In this document: piece after piece, positions 12,401 to 22,300 of the stretch
Layout: every line of letters starts with the position of its first letter
Position numbering within the stretch: position 1 is the stretch's first letter
From: Heteronotia binoei
Lineage: Eukaryota
Assembly (NCBI RefSeq): GCF_032191835.1
Contig: NC_083223.1
Coordinates: 250,232,001-250,296,000 of the forward strand
DNA length: 64,000 nucleotides
Direction: 5' to 3'
Program-made: the position numbers and the translations under genes
Notes under the pieces: model-generated
What the model saw: the letters and a program-made list of their open reading frames with translations, nothing else
The model's database searches: none
Told to the model about the DNA's origin: nothing

Positions 12401-15400
12401 AGACTTCAGAGCTTTCTACTTGAAAAGTCTCTCCAGGTTATGCCCACTTCCAGCAATTCGCCGCCTCCCCCACCTCGAGAGGGAGATTCGGCTGCGTCGG
12501 CCGCTATAGCATTGCTAAGAAAGCATAAGTCCGACAGATCTGCTTTCCGCCACTCTGAGTCTACTCACAAGTCTAAGAAGTCAAACCGTCACTTGGAACC
12601 ATCTGCTTCGGCGCCCAAGAAAAATTGGGAATCTACAGCCAAAACCAGCAAGACTGCTCTTTCAGCTTCGATGGCCTCGACTTCAATTGCCGCCTCGATT
12701 CCGATGGCCTCGACTTTGTCGCAGCGTACCATCCCGACACTGTTACCTGCAGAACTCACAGCTTCCACTGATGTCATCACTGAGATGCCCCAGCTCGCTT
12801 GATCCACAGATGTGATTCCGATTCCATCGAGATCCCCATCGCTTCACGGCTCCTTGCCTCTAGATATCCTGGAACCGGACCCTAGGCATCTTCTGGACCC
12901 AAACGCTTTCCGGGACATTGGGGTTTCTCCCCTGTATAGAGAATCGAGCTCGTATCGAGACGTCGGGATTTCTCCCCTGTATAGAGAACTTCATGAGTCA
13001 TCCACCCAAGTCTCAACCCAGCTTTACTGAGAATTGTCAACTCAATTCTCGACTCGAGACTATAGGGCACCTCTCCACAGGGAATTCCACCACCGCTCTC
13101 GTTCACCCATTCCCGCGGATCTCCGCCATGACGACTACTCCTCAGCCTCGATATCGCCTTCATCTCTATACCAAAGAGCTTACAGGTTCTCTAGATCTCT
13201 CTCACATGAGAGACTTCAGCACTCTCGGTACCATGATTACGCTGAGTAAAGGCACTCTCGACATGCTTCACCTGCATATGTTCCTCGACTCCAAGCCTTG
13301 ACCTCGACCTCCACCTCAGCTCCTAGGTCTCCAATCCCAGCTCCTCATTCACCGATCACGACGAGTTCCTCGGCTCCGATCTGAGCCCCTCGCTCACCGG
13401 TAATAACTGTGTCTTCGGCTCCTATAACGCACACGAAAGACACCAACAAAGGGCTCTCTCTTCCAGATGACTCCGACGCTGAATCAGTGAGTTCTAGGTC
13501 CTCCAGCCTCCCCTGTCTCCGACACGCCTCGCCCAGACCGCCTTTCTCCATCCGATGGCTCTAAGGCCTATCTCAACCTAATTTCCACCATGGTGGAGGC
13601 TCTCAATGTCACTTTACCCTCTGACACCCCAGCGGTCTCTGATGTGGTGCATGACTTAGTACAATACGACCTGCCTGCTGGATCTTTGCTACCAATGCGT
13701 CCAGTACATCTTGAGGGACTTAAGGAAGCCTGGGACAAGCCAGCCTCCATCGCACCTACTCCTAGAAGGTTTGACTCCGTTTACTGGGTCCATGCCCCAG
13801 ATTCGAAGTTTCTCTCCTCTCATCCTGCTCCCAATTCCATTGTTCACTCGGCTTCGAAGGCAAAGCCCACACGACACCCTACTCCACCCGACCGGGAAGG
13901 GCGTAAACTCGACACTCTAGCACAAAAAATCTACAGCCTGGCTACCACCAACTCCAAGATTAATAACTACTTGGCCTACCTTTCGGCTTATGTCTTCAAC
14001 CTTACCAATCAATTCACACCCCTGATTCCAACTTTACCGGACGCTTCTCAAAAACTGGCTCATCAACTGGTTTCAGAACTTTCCAGAGTCGGTAAGCAAC
14101 AAATAAATACGATTTGGCATGCAGTGGCCTGCTCCTCCAGGACCTTTGCGTCATCAGTAGCGCTTCGGCGCCATGCATGGCTTCGCTCAACTAATCTTCA
14201 GACTGACATCAAACAGAAGATTGAGGATCTGCCGTTTGACGGTCAGGGGTTGTTCCACGTATTCACAGACGAGGTCCTTACTTCCGTAGATGATGGCCGT
14301 AAGCACGCTAAATGCCTTGGGGTCACCCAGCAACAGCAGTCCCAAACTTTCAACTGCTCCTGGCCCTGGAAACAGCCTTACCTGAAACGTCAGCATTCCC
14401 CCAGACAATCAGAATACTGGCGTCGGAAGGGACCCCAAGGCAAGCAACCCTACCAGTCCTACCAACAAAAGACACGCCCACTGCCAAGCAAGAAGACTAC
14501 GCCACCCTCAAAACAGTCTCTTTGACTTCCCCCTCCTGCTCTCTCCAAGCCACACAAGGCTTTCTCCGTTCCTCAGGACTTGGGTACTCACTATAATTCG
14601 AATAGGCTACTCCATAGAGTTCATTTCGCCCCCTCACCATCACTGTTTCATCTTAACTCCTCTGTCCCCATTTCTCCACAAGGAAATCCTAGATCTACTT
14701 CGCAAAGAGGCCATAGAACCCGTTCCCCTCCACTTTCAGAAGACGGGGTTTTACTCCAAATACTTTCTAGTCCCAAAACGAGATGGAGGCAGACGTCCAA
14801 TTCTAGATCTCAGGAAACTCAACGAATGGATAACTTACAAAAAATTCAGAATGATCGCCGTTCAGTCAATCCTGCCATTAATCCCGCAGAACACCTGGAT
14901 GGCATCCCTGGACCTTCAGGATGCCTACTTCCACATATTGATAATGCCTCAACACCAGAAATACCTGAGATTCACCATGGGTCACCACCACTTCCAATTT
15001 CGGGCCCTCCTATTCGGACTATCCACGGCCCCTCGCATCTTCACAAAGTGTATGGCAGTGGTGGCTGCAGTTCTGCGCCTTGGAGGTATCACCATCTTCC
15101 TCTATTTGGACGACTGGCTCCTGACTGCTCAGTCACCTCAACAGCTCGAACGGGACATTCAGGTCACGCTATCGCTTCTAGCATCCTTAGGGGTCTGTGT
15201 GTGAACCTTGCCAAGTCACAACTTACCCCTACCCAGGACCTACAATTCATAGGTGTTCGCTTCTGCACACATTTTCATATGGTTTTCCTTCCTCTTCCAC
15301 GCAGTCTACAACTCACAGCGACTGCCACTGCTATTTTTCAATCTCCAACTCAACCTGCTGTCGTGTTTCAACGTCTTCTGGGATACATGGCAGCAACTAC

Positions 15401-18400
15401 ATCTGTCATCAAATTCGCCAGGCTTCGAATGAGGCCTCTGCAACTTTGGTTTAGGGAGCCCACTTGGAGGACAAGACTGTCAGGGGCCTGTGGTCTCCTG
15501 CAGAGAGAAAATTCTACATCAACTGCTTGGAACTAATAGCGGTCCACAGGTCCCTTCAATCCTTCCTTCCTTCTCTGATGGGTCGTCATGTTCAAATCAC
15601 ATCAGACAACATGACAACTGTCTTCTACATAAACAGGGAGGAACGAGGTCTCTTTGACTCTGCCATTTCTTCATTACCCTTTGGAAATGATGCATTGAGC
15701 ACAACATTTACATCACTGCAATCCATCTACCCAGAGTGGAAAATACTCTAGCAGACTCTCTCAGCCGGGTTTGACTGGATGACCACGAATGGTCACTCAA
15801 CCCTGCACATCTTCACCGCATCTTCCATTGCTTCAGGAGCCCCAGTGTAGATGTCTTTGCCACACGACTCAACACCAAATGCTGTCACTTCTACACAAGT
15901 GGGAGCAACGATGCATTCCTCCATGTTTGGATGGGAGGCCTCCATTACCTGTTCCCTCCATTTCCACTCATCACATGCTCGATCCTCAAGATCGACCGAG
16001 ATCAGACAGACTAAATTCTCATCACTCCTTGGTGGCCAAGACAATCGTGGTTTGCAAGGCTTCTTCAGTTATCCCGCCACTCCTATCATCATCTCCCTAT
16101 GGTACCCGACCTCCTCACTCAACATCAAGGTCAAGTCTGGCACCACAATCCTCAGATTCTATGCCTCACAGCATGGAGGATCCGACCATAACACTGCCCC
16201 CAGAAGTGCAGCAGGTTATCCTCAACGCTAGGAAACCATCCACTAGATGTTCCTACCTTCTCAAATGGAAGCGCTTCTCCACATATGTTCAATTTCATGA
16301 CATTAATCCAGACATCGCTCCTATCCCCTTTATTCTACAGTACTTATTATCATTGCAAGCTTCAGGACTTAGTTACTCTTCACTAAAGGTTCATTTGTCT
16401 GCCATCTCATCGTTCCACATTCCTGTTGATGGTCAGACAGTTTTTTCTCATCGCTTATCTAAAGCTTTCCTCAAGGGACTTCTACATCTACATCCCCCAG
16501 TTAAACCCATCGTTCCTGCTTGGAGTTTATCCTTAGTCCTAGCTCCTTTCGAGCCCTTAGCGTCTGTTGACTTACATTTACTTTCTTGGAAGATTGCCCT
16601 ATTGGTTGCCCTAACCTCAGGTAAACAAGCAAGTGAGCTGTGCGTTTTCCGCTCTGATCCACCTTATACCGTCTTCCATAGTTCCAAGGTGGTTATTCGG
16701 ATGGACCCCTCCTTTCTCTCGAAGGTCGTCTCCCCTTTCCACCTTTCAAGTGCTACCTCCTTACCAGCCTTCTTCCCAGAACCCAAGGACTAAGGTCAAA
16801 GGATACTGCATACTCTCAACATGAAGAGAGCCTTATCCTTCTATCTTGCACGTACACAGCCTTTCCGAAAGGACACTAATTTATTTGTAGCCTATGGTAA
16901 GCCCCATAAAGGCTCCAAGATATCCACTCAGGGACTTTCCAAATGAGTGTCTAGCGCAATTTGGTTGTATTATGAGACTGCTAAACAGCCATTACCTGTC
17001 GAACTCAGAGCTCATTCTACTAGAGCCGTCTCGACTTTTCGGCATTTCTGCAAGGAGTATCCTTGGAGGACATTTGTTCCGCTGCAACCTGGTCCTCTCC
17101 GTCCATGTTCGTCACTCATTATGCCCTGGACGTTCGTGCTAGATGTGATGCCTCTTTCAGCTAAGCAGCCCTCCACTCAATCTTTCACTAATACTCCTCC
17201 ATATGAGTGCAACATAGTGCAAGGTAAGTGCCTTATGTGAACTAACTATTGCGTTTGCTTACCAGTAGCCAGCACCCACCTCCTGTGTTTAGCTTGTTAA
17301 TCACCCATGTGTGGGACTGCACAGAGACCACGATGAAGATAAACTGGTTGCTTACCTGTAACTGAAGATCTTCAAGTGGTCATCTGTGCAGTCACACACA
17401 CACACCCAGCCTTCCCCTCTGCTGGCTCTTTGCTTTCCTGCACGGATGAGTGGGAGGGGTGCCTTCCACTTGCTCCAGGCATGCGCAGTCGGTGCCTGCT
17501 CCCCAGGGCGAGCTGGAAAGCGTGCCAAAAATAACGCTCAAGCAAGCTTTTGGAGTCTCCGAGTTAGGATCCGTTGCCAAAGGCAAGACCCATGTGTGGG
17601 ACTGCGCAGGTGATCACTCGAAGATCATCAGTTACAGGTAAGCAACCTGTTTGTTTGGGCAGGGTGAACAAGGCAGGGATGTTGGAAGCAGGCAGGCTGA
17701 AGCCATGCAAGGCAGGCACTCAGTTAATATTTCTTAATGTGATTCTAGAGCAAGCAAAATGTACTTTGGTGACTGGTCTGTGCATCAGACTAGCAGCCAA
17801 GGAGAGGCAGTAGTCAAGGCGAGGGGGAATGTCCTTAACGCCTGCTCTGATCTCAAGAGCCTTCTCTGCCATTGTGTCTCCAGAGGAGGGCGCCACTGCT
17901 GTGCCACACAGCTCCCAAGAAGAACCTTTACACATGAACAATAGAAAGATCTTTGCTCCAGAGCAGGTAGAAGTCAAGTATTCTCCCAAAGTGATGAACG
18001 GGACGAAGGGGGAAGGCCTGGCCACACCCGAGCTATCAGTGGTCAGTGTGCTCCGGAAGGTAAGAATTGAGGGCAGCGATTTGGGGCATGGTGGAAGGGA
18101 CATCCAGGGTCATCTAGTCTAATTCTCTGCACAATGCAGGAAATTAACAACTACCTCCCTCTGCCCCCATATATACTTTATGCCTAATGGGAGGAGAAGT
18201 AGCCTCCTGGGAGGCCAGATCAGTTTCTTCTGCTACAGCTGCTTATTCTTTGATGGTTCTGACCCCTGGCTTGTTCCTCACTGTGGTGCACCTCTGGGTA
18301 CTCGGCGGGTGTTTCCTGACTGTCTTGGTCTGCTGTTCACAGTGCTGGCCTTGACACTGGTCTAACTGGCCTCCCTTTCTACCACATAACTCTGAACTCT

Positions 18401-19310
18401 GGAGATGCAGGGCTCAGTACTGGGTCCCATGCTCTTTAACTTGTTCATTAATGATCTGGAGTTGGGAGTAAGCTGTGAAGTGGCCAAGTTTGCAGATGAC
18501 ACTAAATTGTTCAGGGTGGTGAGAACCAGAGAGAATTGTGAGGCACTCCAAAGGGATCTGTTGACACTGGGTGAGTGGGCGTCAACGTGGCAGATGAGGT
18601 TCAATGTGGCCAAGTGCAAAGTAATGCACATTGGAGCCAAGAATCCCAGCTACAAATACAAGTTGATGGGTTGTGAACTGGCAGAGATTGACCAAGAGAG
18701 AAATCTTGGGGTCATGGTAGATAATTCACTGAAAATGTCAAGACAGTGTGCAATTGCAATAAAAAAGGTCAACCCCATGCTGGGAATTATTAGGAAGGGA
18801 ATTGAAAACAAATCAGCCAATATCATAATGCCCCTGTATAAATCGATGGTGCGGTCTAATTTGGAATACTGTGTGTAATTCTGGTCACCGCACCTCAAAA
18901 AGGATATTATAGCATTGGAAAAAGTCCACAAAATGGCAACTAGAATGATTAATGGTCTGGAACTCTTTCCCTATGAAGAAAGGTTAAAACGCTTGGGGCT
19001 CTTTAGCTTGGAGAAACGTCGACTGCGGGGTGACATGATAGAGGTTTACAAGATTATGCATGGGATGGAGAAAGTAGAGAAAGAAGTACTTTTCTCCCTT
19101 TCTCACAATACAAGAACTCGTAGGCATTCAATGAAATTGCTGAGCAGTCGGGTTAAAATGGATAAAAGGAAGTACTTCTTCACCCAAGGGGTGATTAACA
19201 TGTGGAATTCACTGCCACAGGAGGTGGTGGCGGCTACAAGCATAGCCAGCTTTAAGAGGAGAATGGATAAAAATATGGAGCAGAGGTCCATCAGTGGCTA
19301 TTAGCCACAG

Positions 19311-19355
<45 letters not shown>

Positions 19356-22300
19356 ATGTATATACACACACACAGATATATTGGCCACTGTGTGACACAG
19401 AGTGTTGGACTGGATGGGCCATTGGCCTGATCCAACATGGCTTCTCTTATGTTCTTATGACATGTGCATGCTGTTCAGTGATCTGGAAAGAGAGAGAAAT
19501 TGGATTTATACCTTACCCTTCGTTACCCAAAGGAGTCTCAGAGCGGCTTACAATCTCCTTCCCCTTCCCCTCCCCACACCCTGTGAGGTCAGTGGGGCTG
19601 AGAGAGCTCTTCCAGAACTGCCCTTCAGCAGAACACCGTTGAGAGAACTTGTGACTGACCCAAGGTCACATCAGCAGGTGCAGGGCTTTTTTTGAGCAGG
19701 AACATACAGGAATGCAGTTCCGACTGGCTTGGCATCAGGGGGTGTGGCCTAATATGCAAATGAGTTCCTGCCTGGCTTTTTCGACAAAAAGCCCTATGTG
19801 AAACAATGGTGTCAGGGGGTGTGGCCTAATATTCAGATGAGTTCCTGCTAGGCTTTTTCTACAAAAAAGGCCCTGAGCAGGTGTATGTGGAGGAGTGGGG
19901 AATCAGGCCTGGTTCTCCCAGATAAGAGTCTGTACACTTAACCACTACACCAAACTGAAAGGCTGAAGACCACTGAAATAGTTGATGCTGCCTGCACTCC
20001 AGCATCCAGGCAATACTCAGTGCATATCCTAATAGCCAGGAAGTATGATTGCGGAGAGAAGAAAAATATCACTCAGCCACAAACTTCCTGCTCATGTATG
20101 AAAGCTGCCTCAACACAGATGAGGAAGTTGCTTTGCTCCCGCATTTGTTAGTTGCCTCCAAAATGGAATCCATTCCCAAAGCTGTATTGGGCTGAGAAAC
20201 CCCTTGGAGCAGATTTGATAGCTTCCCGACTTGGGCTGGATATAAGTCAGCTGAAATTTAGAACAGAGACCAATTTCACACTCCCCTTACACCACTCTCA
20301 CGTTCGTCTTCTCAGTGCAGCTTCCTTCCAATTTCACACTATCTGCCTCTGGGCTGCAGCAAGCATGGGCGTTTTCATGCAGCAAACCGAAACTGGTTTT
20401 TAGTGGTTCCTGTTTGCTGTGTGAAAACACTGACACTTGCTGCAGCCCTGGGGCAGATAGTGTGAAATTGGAATGAAGCCGCACTGAGAAGACGAACATG
20501 AGAGAGGCATAAGGTGAGTGCGAAATCGGTCAGATTCTTTCCTGGGTTGGTGAAGGTGGGAGACACAATATCTTTCTTCACGGACTCAATTCCATTTTGC
20601 ATGAAGCATTTTGCTTGGGTGGGACTCTTTTTGCGCAAGAAGCCGCATACTGAGCTGTAGCCAATGTGAAATTGCTGCTGGAGACGCTCTGCATCCTTCT
20701 TTTTTGAAAATTGTGTAAAGAATATATATAATTGAATCAATATTGGTCCCAGGTCTGATGAAGACTGGAAAGAAACAAGTACTTAATCAATTGACTTGTC
20801 ACCACACTACTTTGGGACTTGAATATACATGTTTTGGACATTTGGACTGATTTCTATATACTACTTAGTAAATTGGTCACTAGCTTGCATTTTTTGTTGT
20901 GTTATCCATTATAGCGACCTTTCTTGGATTGTATTCTATCTGAAATGGTGCAGCCTGGACTCAGGGAGAGCCAGGACTAACTCTGCCTTCTCTTTTAGAT
21001 CTGGCAGATGGCCCTGTGTATTGTCTTGGTCTTCGCTGTCACCCTGTCTGTGTTTCCTGCCATTACCGCCAGTGTGACCAGCGTGTCTGAGAACAAAACC
21101 TGGAGTGAGTGATGGGCATCTTTCAAAAGGGGAGGGATGAAGACTGGTCTGGAGAGCTGCAACCGCATCTCTGCAGTGGAGTGGGATGGTATGGGGAGCA
21201 GGAGGGGGTGAGAGCCAAGAATTCTAGGTTTTCCTTTTGCTTGAGGTATGTAACTCTTGCAAGGAAACTTGGTCTCCTTTTTTTCTTTCCATATTTCTGT
21301 ACTGCTTTTCCATTTTCATCAAACAGGGTAGAGATGACAAACATAAATGTCATTACATGCAAGAAGAGAACTGTAGTCACAGTAGAATATGGCAGAGCTG
21401 AAAACCCTAAGGAAATTCAGGAGTAACTTCACAAAGCTTAAAGGGTTGATTCACTTTAGCTCTTAATGGTGAGACACAAAGGTCTTAACTGATCTGTGAT
21501 AAAATGGGTGTGACGGCAACTATCTGTTCAAATGCTGGGAAACAACAGTTTCCTGCACCAATAGAAAGGCTTGTTTATGCTGACCCAGCTTCCTCTTGGG
21601 GAAACCATGGATTTAAGAAAAGTCTTTCCTGTATGAGCTAGTAATCATTTCTCCAGTTTGGATTTGGATTGCAGCTTCTAATAAGGGTTGCATTTCAGGC
21701 CCTTATTTGAATTATAAATCTCTTTGTCTTACCACCTCCCAGGGAAGTTCTTCACTCCAATTTGCTGCTTCCTTCTGTTCAATGTCATGGACTGGCTAGG
21801 CCGTAGCGCCACCTCCTATTTCCTCTGGGTAAGTGATGGAGCAGTGGCAAGGGTGGGTGAGTGGGGCTGATGTCTCCCTATTCAGGCTGTGTTCCGTCTT
21901 GGAATAAGCAGCGTAAGCCAGAAGCCTGCAAGAATTCCAAAGTTGTAGCTGGGATAGTCTGCTCTGGCAGGAATCAGAAAGAGTCTTCAGGCACCTTTCA
22001 AAGGCTTATTGAGGGAGATCCTTATGTGGACTAGGACTTATTCCATCATGTGCACAGGCAAAGAAGAAAAATAGTGATACATAAATAAAAGATTCAAAAA
22101 GCCATCAAGAATCAGAGATGTTGAGGCATTTGATCACAGAGGGAGCATTATAAGAACAGTCTCTTTTGGGAGGTAGGATGGGAGACAAAAAACAGAAAAA
22201 CTGGATTTTACACACAAGCAAGGATTTGTTACTTTACATCAGATAGATTAACCAAGTCTATTGCACAAGCCATGGTTCATCAGGTGGCAGTAGATGATAT

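Larger units (their letters stand above)
11836..17652 (+). mobile_element. DIRS1-type tyrosine-recombinase retrotransposon, full length and defective (element 1)
   Basis: Left ITR about 11852-12014 and right ITR 17447-17609 are reverse complements. ICR at 17303-17393 is complementary to both termini. Internal gag, RT (YLDD), RNase H, methyltransferase-like and YR remnants. Lies in SLC29A2 intron 7. Confidence 0.95.

Noticed and set aside
14580-15536. 318-aa ORF as a separate novel gene
   Set aside because: It is a chimera of the frame overlapping RT and, after the TG duplication near 15200, the true pol frame of DIRS element 1.
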